This document shows positions 12,495 through 24,564 of a stretch of DNA of 64,000 nt, in pieces. Origin of the DNA: Trypethelium eluteriae (Eukaryota). How positions within the stretch are numbered: the first letter of the stretch is position 1; each line of letters opens with the position of its first letter. The notes beneath the pieces are model-generated. The model saw only the letters and a list, made by a program, of their open reading frames with translations, was not told the DNA's origin and did no database searches. The DNA is taken from the NCBI GenBank assembly GCA_051942245.1, contig JAVECL010000005.1:62001-126000 (forward strand), read 5' to 3'. The position numbers and the translations under genes were made by a program.

Positions 12495-13445
12495 TCACTG
12501 AGTCGTCCGTCCATGCTCTCCGAGTGTGACCTCCGGCCAGATCAGAGATTTCATGGTCATGGCGTCATCAAAACATTGTTTCAGTTGCCCGTAGGAATGG
12601 CTTGAGAACTTCCCACACACTCCATCGCTTTGCCAAATTGACATGCCACGCGACCCAACTTCTCCCATCGGTTCGCGGTAGGCTTCGTCCGCCCTACAAG
12701 CACCGAGAAGCTCGAAGAACTTGAAGAATTTGAACAGCTGCTCGAATGTATGTGGCATTATGACCCGTTCGACAACTGTGTCTCTGTGATCCCCAATCCG
12801 GCCCTGGGCTGTGTGCATGAGAAGAGACCACGTTGATTCCGGGGTGTGTATCTTGGTCAGGACGCTGTAAAACATGACATCGAAATCTCGCCGGCTCATG
12901 AACCGCCAATTCACAGGGACAGCATCTGGGACCGCGTGCAGCAAGGTTTGGAACTTGTGAAATAAAACGTTAAGGTCGAGCGAGGTTGCAATGAGGCGTT
13001 GGTACATGAAGAGCCACCATTCGTGCTGCTGGTTGAATCTCCGGTGCCATGTCTGGTATCTCATCTCCCATTTAACTTCCTTTGCCATGAGCTTGTAGCC
13101 AAGCTGAGGGTCCGGAAGTGTCTTGGCCAGAAAATAATCCATCAGGCGACGAATATGCCTGCAGAAGACGTTGAAATACTGGGGAGTAGACTTTGCGAGT
13201 TCTAGACACTCCTCAAATGTCGGCACAGCCGTGAGTACGTCGCACAGTAGCTCCTCGTTCATGCAATGAAGTAATTGCTCGTTGCGTTGCCTGCATCCAG
13301 GTCGCCTTAAAAATTCAGGGAGGGTACTCATATTATCTGGTGATAATAGATTCAAGGACCGTGACATTGTTGAAGTACAGTGACGAAAGTATATGATGAC
13401 TGTGTTCCTACAAGATCTTGACAAACAGTGCAACTTCCTCATCAC
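12495..13445 (-). CDS. Hypothetical protein with possible degenerate F-box-like N-terminal motif
   Basis: 316-aa ORF, with the true start probably at an internal ATG. LHCMNEELLCDVLTAVPTFEECLELAKSTPQYFNVF resembles fungal F-box-like motifs. Confidence 0.55.
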   Translation of the reverse strand: MMRKLHCLSRSCRNTVIIYFRHCTSTMSRSLNLLSPDNMSTLPEFLRRPGCRQRNEQLLHCMNEELLCDVLTAVPTFEECLELAKSTPQYFNVFCRHIRRLMDYFLAKTLPDPQLGYKLMAKEVKWEMRYQTWHRRFNQQHEWWLFMYQRLIATSLDLNVLFHKFQTLLHAVPDAVPVNWRFMSRRDFDVMFYSVLTKIHTPESTWSLLMHTAQGRIGDHRDTVVERVIMPHTFEQLFKFFKFFELLGACRADEAYREPMGEVGSRGMSIWQSDGVCGKFSSHSYGQLKQCFDDAMTMKSLIWPEVTLGEHGRTTQ

Positions 13446-13628
13446 CCAGGCTGATTAGAAACTCATGGAGGAAAGGACTCCCTGTTTAATGCAACCTTGG
13501 CACGGCATCTGCATCTGCAAAAGGTTGGTGGCTCTCATCCCTTCCGAAGTCTTACATCTTCACCGTGCTGCATGTGCAGATATCGGTCGGTGTATAAGGT
13601 AACCTCCATCATCAAATGGTCTCGCCTT

Positions 13629-14747
13629 CTAGAGTTTCCTTCTCTTTCGCTGGGCATTCTCATCTCCTTCTTCTTTTGATCGTTTCTGGAGGGAAAGGGC
13701 TCTTCCTGCTTTCGCCCTTGTTACCATCATGTGCCTTCCCTGCTCAACCTTGAGTCCTTCCCTTTCTACGATCATCTCTTTATCCTCGTCTCTATCCTCT
13801 TCCTTCAGCCACTCTCTTGAATCCTTATGTTCCCTATCCTCCACGAGAACCCCGTTGGCCTGGCACATCTCTACCACCGGCTTCTTGTTCCGCTTCCTTC
13901 TCGCCCTCTCCTCGTCGGTCACAGGCTTTCCATAAGGCTGCATCTCTTTTCCGTTCGCTGGCGCCATCAAATACGCATGCAGACCCCGCCGGAACTGCAC
14001 TTCAAACTTTCCCGGCGCATCGATGAGGGCTTTGATACATGGAACACAGCATCTCCTCTTCTGCTGCCACGAGTGCATCTTCCGTCCGAACAAATCCACC
14101 TCCGGGTGGCGCCACCGCACCACCAGAATCCGTCCTTTGCCCTTACCCTTCGCCCATGGGCTCTCGTACGCACTCGGACACTTTCCGCCCCTCACTCCCT
14201 GGCAGTCATGGAGTTTCTTCACGAGGTCCCCCTCGGGGTAGAATGCCAACCCCGCTTTCACGTAGTCTGCTTCATCGAAGGGATTCTGCTCGAGATTCTT
14301 GGGGATCAGTATGCTGAGGCGTGCCTCGCACCAGTCCTCCGAGCATGAGGTGACGGGGTCGAAAGCGACGTAGTAGTCACTGTTGAATGCGACGGGCTCC
14401 GAGGACGCGGTTGGAAAAGATTGAGGGAAAGATTCGGGGAGACCCCCAATCAATTCCCGCTCTGCCGAGAGAAGGGGCAGGTTCCGACCGACACGTGGGA
14501 TTTGAGGTCTTGTGGCGGATGAGGCTGGGTTGTTCTGGTTTTGCCGTAGCTTGACGGGGTCGGCTCGGGATGCAGATGATGTCGACGAGGTGGAGGGTGT
14601 GTTTCGGTCTGAGACCGTGGATGAAAGGATTGAGGATTTGCAACTTCGTGACTGGAGTATTCGTCGTGGAGGCAATGTTGCATCCGGAAAAGCCTCGTTC
14701 GCATTTGTAAACTTTTCATTGGGATGAGATGCGTAGTGGTCCCCCAT
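13629..14747 (-). CDS. Hypothetical protein (Ser-rich N-terminus, Cys cluster, basic NLS-like C-terminus)
   Basis: 372-aa intronless ORF starting at ATG and ending RKRRKL. Confidence 0.65.
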   Translation of the reverse strand: MGDHYASHPNEKFTNANEAFPDATLPPRRILQSRSCKSSILSSTVSDRNTPSTSSTSSASRADPVKLRQNQNNPASSATRPQIPRVGRNLPLLSAERELIGGLPESFPQSFPTASSEPVAFNSDYYVAFDPVTSCSEDWCEARLSILIPKNLEQNPFDEADYVKAGLAFYPEGDLVKKLHDCQGVRGGKCPSAYESPWAKGKGKGRILVVRWRHPEVDLFGRKMHSWQQKRRCCVPCIKALIDAPGKFEVQFRRGLHAYLMAPANGKEMQPYGKPVTDEERARRKRNKKPVVEMCQANGVLVEDREHKDSREWLKEEDRDEDKEMIVEREGLKVEQGRHMMVTRAKAGRALSLQKRSKEEGDENAQRKRRKL

Positions 14748-15553
14748 GATGAGTGCAGTTCAAAATTCCGTGGCTTCTAAGCAATCAGTAGTGAAATTGA
14801 GGGACTGGATTATCCAGGAAAGCCTCCTATGAATGAGAAAAGATATTGTGTGCTGCTGGTATATTTCGGTGGGATAAGCACGAGAGGAGGGCGATTTTAT
14901 ATAGGGCATAGTTCAAAGTTCAGTTGAGGTTCCAAACAAAATCCCAAGATTGAGTACCCGAGTGGATTCTTGAATGGACGCAGGCAAAATTCAAAGATTA
15001 AGCAGTTCGAAAGCCACAGCTGTTTAATGGTCTGACAAAAGCCATCCATACTAAGTAATGACAGAATAAAGATAGCTCCATCATGAGCCAGGCATGAAGA
15101 AGCGTCCAACTAACACCGCAGATGAAGACAAGTAGCCGCCATTTCGAATCGAGAAGAACGCCAAGCCCGCTGTCTGTTCAAACGCTATCATGACTTTGAA
15201 AATATCAATCGATCGTGCATGCTCCGTTGCGCCAAAGCAGCAACTGCAAATCAAACAATGTCGAAGTTGAAGAGCAAAAAAAGCGTGCGCTTAGATGGGG
15301 TGTGGCCCAAGCTCAAGGATGTTTTGGAAGGTGCAGGTGGTGGTGAGTCGCCGCGGCCGACGCGTCTGGTCGCGAAACTCACACCACTGCTAACTGGCAA
15401 AGTTATCCTGTGTCATCAGACCGCGACCTCTTGCTTGAACGGCCACTCTGAAACGAAAGAGAATTGCTATCGTCTACCTTGCGCTTCGTGTGTCCAGATG
15501 TGCCGGCACTGGAGCCCGGTGAGTTGCCTAGTTAGAGGATCAGCAAAATTAAT

Positions 15554-16546
15554 TCAATGCAGACTTTGAGCGAGTGATTTACCTCGCAAGATAGCCTCTT
15601 CACCAAATGAAGGCTCATCAAGCAGGTTCCCCGATGCATCAGTGTCCATAGGCTCAGTGGTTGATTCTGCTATTTGATTAAGTCCGAAGTTCGTGCGAGG
15701 GTCGTTGCGATTCAGAAGCTTACCCCCGATCTTCCGATCATCGACGGGCAATGACCTTACACCTTCTCTCCACTGAAGCATGTTGACATCCCAAGCTGCC
15801 CGCTCCATTGCGGCCTGCCGCGTTTCTTCATTACTTCGGCTAATGTGGTAAGCGTAAAGATATCCGACATCTCGGTCGCCGGATCTGTCAGGTACTGCAC
15901 GCCTGACATCGGGCGGAGGTCTGAAGATTGGTACAGATCGAATATAACCGGTAGATTCCAGATACTGGTGGCCAGAGGGACAGATTATCCTTCTTGGAGC
16001 TGAGGTCGAGACACGTATTCGTGGAGCAGAAGGGTTCCGCGGTTGTAAGCGTGGTAGAACGGACATTGGGGAGTTTGCCAGGTCAAGAACACTGGTGAGC
16101 CGTTGGGCAGCAGACACCCATTTGTATGCTTCCCTTTGCTGCTCGATTACAAAGGCCGCATGAACGTCCCGTTGCAGTTGCTGCTGTATGTCTGGTCCAG
16201 CATTAGGGTTCTCCTGCCTCCAACTTGATTGCGATTGGAGAAACCGGTCCTGGGACATTCTTTTTTTCTGATATGTCTGTGAAACGGCGGGATTGATTTG
16301 GTATCGCTGATAAGAGTTGAGAGGATGCTTGGGTTTTTGCAGGTCATATCGATCTGAAAAGGCATCGACAACATTATACGAGGGATGGGATGGAGGCGAA
16401 GCCGGAGGAGACGGTGGAATGGATGGACCTGAAGCCGGTCGCCGCCTTTGGTGCGGTGGGTTGGTATTGGCGAGCATATTGGAGGGAAGTGGCAAGCTCA
16501 TTGATGTGAAACTGGGGGAAACAGTTGATCTAAGGCGATTGAACAA
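15554..16546 (-). CDS. Hypothetical Pro/Gln-rich protein
   Basis: 330-aa ORF, with the likely ATG at MSLPLPSN. Confidence 0.6.
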   Translation of the reverse strand: MFNRLRSTVSPSFTSMSLPLPSNMLANTNPPHQRRRPASGPSIPPSPPASPPSHPSYNVVDAFSDRYDLQKPKHPLNSYQRYQINPAVSQTYQKKRMSQDRFLQSQSSWRQENPNAGPDIQQQLQRDVHAAFVIEQQREAYKWVSAAQRLTSVLDLANSPMSVLPRLQPRNPSAPRIRVSTSAPRRIICPSGHQYLESTGYIRSVPIFRPPPDVRRAVPDRSGDRDVGYLYAYHISRSNEETRQAAMERAAWDVNMLQWREGVRSLPVDDRKIGGKLLNRNDPRTNFGLNQIAESTTEPMDTDASGNLLDEPSFGEEAILRGKSLAQSLH

Positions 16547-19500
16547 GGGAAGAGTCCCAATGATGCAGAACGTAGCCGCGCGGGAATGTATGTAGACGGA
16601 CTGGACGAGATCATGGCCTAGGGGTGGGAAAGCAATGTAGACTTATACCTACCGATTGACGCATACGAATCGCCTCGTCCATGGGTTAGGGTAATTTACT
16701 GGACGACGATAGCCACTAATGCTGGAGGAGCAGGTCTTTTGGTGACTTTTGTCAGTGCACGGCAGCAGATCTGCCTGGCTACCGAACAGAACCAAATGCT
16801 TGGGAATGGAACACGGTCCAAGCTAAGAGACGTGGGGAAGGTCACTTGGGCGGTAGTCGATGTTGTGTCAATTGGGATTGAGCAAAGACGCGCTCTCCAA
16901 ATGCATGAACAGATTCGGTAATCGGCTTCGCGGAAAGGCCAGCGCTTGGGCCGCTGATCCCGGAGCCTGGCTTATCCCATGTTCGATCGAGTGCGCGGGC
17001 ATATTATACATGGGTGACTAGCAGGCAATCATCGACCAGGAATGGACGAAGGGGCCTTGACTGCAAGCACCGCAAGCATGCTGTATGAAGCGATTGCAGG
17101 CATACCGCACCCCACTGACCTCTACGAATGACGAAAAAGGCCATCGACGTTGGACCCACAGCGGTTAGGTCGCAGGGAACGGTCCTTGACTCCTTACAGT
17201 AGGGTGATAGGGTGATAGGGCCAAGGAAACTTTCTTCGAGGCCTCGTCCGGATCGGCGCGATGGCAACCATGATACCACCGATACACTCATGTTCGCGGT
17301 CGAGGTCAGGATGCTTGCATTGCTCACGGGCAAGGGGATGGAAGACGCTCGGCCCGACTGTGGCGTCCAACTCGCTGTAGAGGCCTTGATCACGACGAGA
17401 GGCACGAGAGGCGTACTCGTGCCAGGTAAGCCTCACTGCAGCTCCTTCATCTGACTCGAGGCTGCTCAATTGTTGCGAAAAGTGGAGGGGAGCAGGTTGG
17501 CGGCGAGAGGTGAAGTCAGCATAGATCGACTGTAGATCGTGTTGGTTCTCGCTGATTGGTGGGACGGGGGGCCTGATCTTGCGCCCAAAGCCGCTGCAAC
17601 AAACTCGGGCAAAAGGTACGTACCCGAGCGCCCATGATCTTCACCTCTATCCAGACTTGCCTCCTTTCACCCTTGTCCTTGCGGCTCACAAGAGGGGTTT
17701 TCTTCTGTGGCTCTGATCAAAGCAAAACTGGAAGCGGATGATAGCGTTGCCCTGCTGACCATGCGTCTCGTATTCATCGATCCAATGCAAGGGGCTGCTT
17801 GCCAGACCCCGTTGTTTGCAGGCATGATTTTGACTCTACAACAACAGGTGAACAATCCTACCCGCATTCACCTCTTTTTTTTTTTTGCAAGACCCTGGTG
17901 GATCCACAGCTTCAAGCCACATCCGTGCCGCTTTCTAGAAAACCCTCAACTCCCCAGAGCCGCGGGTAAAGGTCGCTCAGAAGCCCCCGCTGTGCTCTCT
18001 CGGCCAACGCTAATCTTGAGCCAAGCGGGTCTGCGTCTGCCTGCCTCACTATACCAACACCGGATAGCAATCACGGTGGTCATCGTCGAACCCAACATCT
18101 TGTCTCCCAATATTGTCCGGTTGGTCGATCGCCTAATTAGCGGTATATCCAGCCTGCTACCTGCCTTGTCAGAGCGCACTAGATTGACCAATTCGCGCTA
18201 CCTGTTGTGAACCTTTAATTCTCATCCAGCATGTTTACACACCATGGATCCCCCCACTCTAGTCTCGAGTAACGTCGATGTACTACCTGCCTACTGACAG
18301 CTGACTTCTCGGGCCCTTCCGAACTCACTGCACAGTGCCACCGTGCTCTGCATAACCGAAGGATTATATTCAGCTCCTACCATGCCTCTCTGAGCATAGG
18401 GACCCACTACGAAAAAGTTGCAATGTTCTGACGAGCATCTATCTAACCGTGGATCGTATACGAGCTTGGGTAATGGAGCGGCCTCATAGAGGTAGGGTTC
18501 GACGAATGAGCTGCTTCTTCGAACCGATTTTTCCACAATATGCTCCTCCTCATGATCATCGAGCACTCGTTGCGAGTCTTGCATGAGCAAACTGTCATCA
18601 CTGTCACTTGTGGACCGGAACAGTCTTGTCTCCAGCGAGCTTCTCCCCACCTATGAATATCGTCCGTGCCTCGCTCGCTTCCGGCCTCGCTATCTCATGT
18701 CCGATATCGAATGTGGGGTTGTGCAAATCATGTAGAATTTAGCATATTGCAAGCATCTTGAGCCTGGAGCCGAGCCGTCCTGACCACCCTGACCTTCGAT
18801 CTCCGAAGCCACAGACAAGGGAGACCTTGATAAAAGTCATTAACCTTTGTATTGAAGGAGAGCGGGGAAACAATGCTTCCTCATGAACGTAAAACCATTT
18901 CATACTAAGTATTGACAATGGCCCCCATGTCCAATGCTCCAGATTACTCGTAAGTGGTCCAAGCGATTTTGATCTACCGCCTTCACAGACCAACATCGCC
19001 CGGCCAGCGACCCGAACTTCAATGCAAGACTCAGTTCATCTTGCCAATGTGACGGGAGCGGTACCGTCGCTTACCAACTTAATTTCTTTCGATGCAGTCC
19101 TTATGTTGATTCGTCTGCTGTGCCGCTGCTCTTCTCCGCCAACCCTATAGAAGCCAATAAATCCCTTCCCGCCGCAAATGGTTGTAGCGGTGAAGGTCAC
19201 TGAGCATAGGGCTGCGGTAACATGATGCCCACCAACTTCGACAACCTGCAGTCATGATCCAACATTGCCGTGCACGCATCAGCTAGCCGCTCAATGAGTA
19301 TGACCGGGAAATGCTTGTTCGCTAGTGCCATAGGATCTCAATACCTGGTCACTGAGCTCCAACATTTTGCCAATCGTAGGAAACCACTTCGACTGGTACT
19401 ATTGACACATGCAGCAACTAATTCCTAGTACTCAGTCACTTGGATTTTCTGGTGAGATCTTTCGGAAATAGCTATTGAGCGTTTACCACTCCAGGAAAAT

Positions 19501-22386
19501 GCTGGACTTAATGAACGCAAGTGACGAATGACTTAGACACTCCGGCAGATCCCGAGTCTTGCCGAATGCCTCCGCTCAAGCTTAACTTCATTCTATTCCC
19601 ATCCGACCCATTCAAACATGCTTCTTGCTCGGCCGAAGCTTCCATGCTGACCCCACAATTACTTTCGTTCAAACCGTCTCGTAAAGTCTGAGCTATTAGT
19701 CTACCTGGCGTACTTTCAAAGTAAGTGAGGTCACTACCAAAAAGTGATGGACGAAAAAGGACGGACGAACAAAGTCTTCGCCATACGGAACCCAGAAAGG
19801 CCTGCTCTTGTGCAACGACTATTGACACTAGGGGCCAATCTGAAAAAGAATATTGGAGCTTGCTGTCTGGTCTAAGTCTAAGTATCTGCAAGATCTTTCT
19901 CAACCCATGTCCAGCCATCCTCACGTGACGCAATCATCGTTTCGTAGCTTGCATTCATCTTCCTGACCAAACAATTAATTTTTGTACTAAGTCCGCTAAG
20001 TGTTACCACTTTTCATGCAACCTCTAGACTGACGTTGACGAATCGAAACTGCCATTCATTAGACCATCTCGCAGATTATTCCTTTTACCTTCTTCGTGCA
20101 CAGACAAGGCAAAATGCCTTCTTCGTCCTGGTGAGTAATTATTATTTCATTAGGGGCTTCAGCGTTCGCTTAAGCATATTCATGGGACCAAATTTCGCGT
20201 TTTGACACCGATGAGGGCGATATATTCAATATATCCAGAACAGCCGTTTTTCAACGCGTATTTGGCCGATGATTTTGGAGGCCATATCAGGAGCACACGC
20301 AAGCTCTCAAACATCAGAACGTCTCGTAAAGACTCACACAAGCATTGCAATTGCCGTGAAGGCTGCAGGCGAAAGCATACGGAATTGCTCTAGTCGCCAA
20401 TCAATAGCTATGCATTCTCCCGCACCATTCGGTTCGATCGTAAATAGCTCTACCCTATCAGTACTTTGTGGAGGGCTAAGGCACCCGTGCTCGCTATCAT
20501 GATGGTCAGCCAATGTGACTTAGCCATTTCATGCGCGTTGATCTGATGCGATCGCAAAGGGCCCCGACCTTCGCGCTGTCTATTTGCTAATCAGTAGATG
20601 ATAGGTATCAATCTAACACTTTTCCCGTGTCAGGCGCGTTTTTACAGTGACAGCTCTGTAGCCTGACGATGTCGGCGATCCTACTCAATAATCGGATTGC
20701 GGATCATGGCAACAGCTGGTATTGGGTGATTGGTTGTCTAGACGATCATGCAGGTGCCGCGTTTAGTGGGGCTGTAGATTTTCTACCTGAGATCGGGTTT
20801 CTAGCTGCAGCAAGTAGTTTGGTAGGAGTCCTGATTGGTCGGAGCGATCGCCAATATCTGGAGGTGCCGATGGGTAGATGGGTGCACTGCGGTAAATGCG
20901 TAAGGCTGAAAGCTGGGCCCAGATGAGGCTTGCAGTGATCAACATTGCATATATGCCCGGCAGGATTTGAGCGTTGAACAGTTTGATAGATAGAGGACAG
21001 ATTCTTAGACTAATGCGGCAGGCATGTTCATCGTACATTGCAGCTAGTGGAGAGGAGAAGAAAAAAAGTAAAGAAAAGAAGAAAGGAAAAGAGGCAGCAA
21101 AGCCGCCAAAGCATTGAGAACGGGAATATAGTGCTTATTGTTACAATGCCTACCATTTACCTAAGGCTCAAGTGTTTCCGGTAAAGCTGGGTCGGGCCTC
21201 GGCCCGCTGCAAACCCCAGTGGCTGGCTTGTTGGCTGACATCGATGCCTGTTCCGTAGGATGCAGCTCGTTGACTTCAGCTACCAGCTCGGTGCTCATGG
21301 ACTCCCATGCTAAATTTCATCTAGAAGAGCGGGGTTTGATAGGCCTCCCGAGGTCCGGGCCGATTCTCAAGGTTCTCGACAACCGCGTTTGAATATATGA
21401 TCTTCTCGATATGCAAATGATGCTCGACGTAATCACTATTTGTCCCGCTGTCGCATTGGTTGCTTAGTTCGGAACTCTACCAAAGGGGGCCTTACGGTAC
21501 AGTATCCACAAATTATTGTAGTTGTCAAGAGTCCTAACCTTTGCTGGCTTCGTAGCCTCAAAAGGGAATCGATAGAGACTCAGCTGCCTGGTGCCATGAG
21601 CCGCGAGAAAGAAGGCCATCGAACCGGTGGTCGAGTTGGAATCAGAAGGGTAAAGACTTTGAGCGAATTTATGCGGTTCGTATAGGCTGGAGGACTGTAC
21701 AGTAAGACCATGTTGTTTTTGCCCCTCGCACCGGACGAATATTCAGCATAACCAGATTATGGCCTTGGTTGCGTAAAGCTCAAACTTTTCGTGCACTTGA
21801 GATTTGCTCGGGAGCTGATCCGTAAAATATGAGTATCAATGTGCAACTCCTTGGTGTAATCGGAAAAGCAGGTGAAATGAGTGTTTGTTAACTCGAAACT
21901 AATATTGTCTATGGCGACCTCGCTTGATACGCATGAGTGCTCCAACCTTCATTGAACGTGCATATGTGCGTAATGGACCTTTCTTTGCAGCTGCACCGCT
22001 GTGTCGATTGGATCGGGAGGAGGCTGGAGGCTGAGGCTTGTACAATTACGGAAAACTAGCTAGGTGGGTAGTTACGGTGCGCCGTACCGAGTAGTCACAA
22101 CATCACAATGTAATTGGTGCGAGACGAGCCCTCGACTTTAACCCTCACGACCCTTCACAGGACTTCCACCTACAAAGCTACGGATCTCGCTAGCCTGCTT
22201 ACCGCACTTGTGCAGTATACGGATAATGGAAATCCAAAGATGAATCATTTCCAATGCCATCCGGTGCCATCCAACGCCAACAAGCCTGACACGAATGGTT
22301 ATTACAGACGCGACTGACGTCATTGCTAGTCCCGTAAAACACGAGAACTCGTGGCGAGAAAGAACTTCTCGACTGTCTCAAATTTT

Positions 22387-23739
22387 CTATATCTTCACTC
22401 TTCTAAAGTCGAATTCAAACATCCGGTTGCTGTCCACGCTTCGCTCATCAACCAATTTCCCTGCGGTCTCGGCACCTCCTGCAGGGACGCGAAACTCATA
22501 TCTCTCTCCTTTAGCTGCGGCTATCCCATCAATCGGGTACGGGAACGGCAGATACTCCGGAAGAAGGCCAAGTTGACGAAGCACACTTGCTTGATCCCAT
22601 GCAATGTGCTCATGGTATAGACGGTCGCCTCTGATGTTGACGACTGAGGTCATTGGTATCCTGATCGCCTTAAACGTTGGTGGCAACCCAGGAAGACTGC
22701 AACTCGGTCAGTGAACAAGTATCAACGAGATCGACTTCCTTGATATCCATACATCCAGTCGACCTTCTTATCATGCGTGAAGCTGAATATGAACTCATCA
22801 ATGACCCGATCAATTCCCACAGTCCGACTAACCAGCTCCAGCGCGGTATCATCTGGATTGTTGAAGATGAAATGAAACCGGTAGAAATTCGTTAGGCGTT
22901 CTCTACCTATCCCTCCAGTCATCGTAGGTACATGGTTCACGTACGGTTCCTGCACCATCGTGCTCATAGTTCTCTCGGGCGATCGCGTAGCAAACTCTAG
23001 CATAGTATGCTCTTCCCATATCGCTTCAAGATCAAAATGTGGACCCTTCATCAATGGCTTCAAAAATGCCAGAGTCCGCGTATGAGAGATTGCTGCTGTC
23101 GAGCTCGAGAAGTCTGGATGAGCTGGGATGGTGAAGAAAGGACCAGCTGAAGGATAGTGCACGCTCTTCCCATTCTTTGGCTGAGAGATGTCGGCTTTGG
23201 GAGCCTGCCCTGCAATATGACACAAGAAAGGCTTTCCGATGTTCCCATCATTGCATGCCCCATAGAACACTGCACCAGCTATATTGTTTGCGGCCTGGAT
23301 GGTGGCTTGAACATTTGAACTGGTGTGATAAGCTAGTCTGGCGTTAGTCGGAACAAGTTTAGCCACTTCATTCGCAGAGCCACTTACAGATAATACCAAA
23401 GTCTGTCTTAGGTTGGCACTGTGGGCTGTTGAGTAGGTTGTTGTATGCCAGCTCAAAATCATCTTTGACAGCGGATTCTTCGGAGTCCACTAAAACCTGA
23501 GCAACAGCATATCCTTCCTCCGCCCACTTTTGGAGCGGAGGAGGGTCCAAAGTTTTTTCATGACCATTCAGGTCAAGGCTTCGTGGAGCTAGAATGATAA
23601 GTCCAGGTCCATCTCCTCGGCGAGACAAGGGCGGCTGTAACACCACATTTTCGGAAACATGAGCAGGTCGCGCGGATGGAAGACGAATCTCAGCGACTTC
23701 ACTGTCATGGCCATTTATTCCATCCATCATCTGATCCAT
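22387..23739 (-). CDS. Dienelactone-hydrolase-like + SnoaL/NTF2-like fusion (fungal 'carboxymethylenebutenolidase'-type protein), 3 exons
   Basis: Motifs LQPPLSRRGDGPGLI, DPPPLQKWAEEGYAV, DLEAIWEEH..EF, PYVNHVPTMTGG, DRVIDEF and LYHEHIAWDQASVLRQLG. Introns at 23333-23387 and ~22700-22755. Confidence 0.88.
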
Positions 23740-24564
23740 AGTAACAGTGGTCCATGCAGAGCAAAATGAACCTTTAGTCCACTACGATATCTCCATGACG
23801 TCGCTAGATAGATGGACACCCCCGCATCGATTGTTGACCGGAATCTTTCCATTTACCGTAGGGCGGCGTAGGCGGCACTATCACCCTATGGTGCTTCTAT
23901 GTGGCCGTCTGACACCAGATACAAGAATTTCGTCAGGCAGGGGGGACATTTGCCAACTTGGAATAAAACGCGGTGAAGGTAGGTACGCACCAGACGCGTC
24001 GTGACCGTGATTGTGACTGCCGTTCCGAGCTTTTCTCTGGCCACGTCTCATCAATAAAAACCCCCCTATTTTACGAACTCAGTTTCCGGTCTGAGCAGCA
24101 CACTCTCTGCAAACACCCAACTCAATTCTGTGAAATCTTGGAACTGTATTAAATGCTGCTCTCGATTGTTGTTTGGCATCCGTGGAAACTACTCTTGGCG
24201 CCGATCTCTTGCCGAAAAGCGAAGTCTGTTACGTTGGCCGACAACAAAAACCAATGTTGATCCCTCTGTAGTCCTGAGAGATCCAACCTTGTTGTCTCGT
24301 TTTCTAGGCAATACGAGACTATACACACCGGCAAAAATGAACTTGCGCCCTTGACGTAGGCCAGGGGCTAGTAGAGCAGACTGGCTAATGTTATTCAGTT
24401 GTCCTGTATTTACTCTTGCAGTACAGTGTCAGTCCTGAAGTCGCTCAAGAATTTTGAGGATGGTAAGCTTCACCAAGGTCTGAAACCCTTCTATCATTTC
24501 ATCTTCATGTCCTTCGCTTGCCGGCCAAGCCTATACTTTCGCAGCTAATATTTCAATATTCATA

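Noticed and set aside
16683..16692. GGGTTAGGGT telomere-like word (possible telomerase RNA template or interstitial telomere)
   Set aside because: It spans under two repeat units, and the template-sense strand runs directly into a plausible protein-coding ORF. No other TER elements were recognised.
17707..18650. ORFs 17707-18210 (+) and 18291-18650 (-)
   Set aside because: They have non-ATG starts, the first runs through a poly-T tract, and neither shows family motifs.
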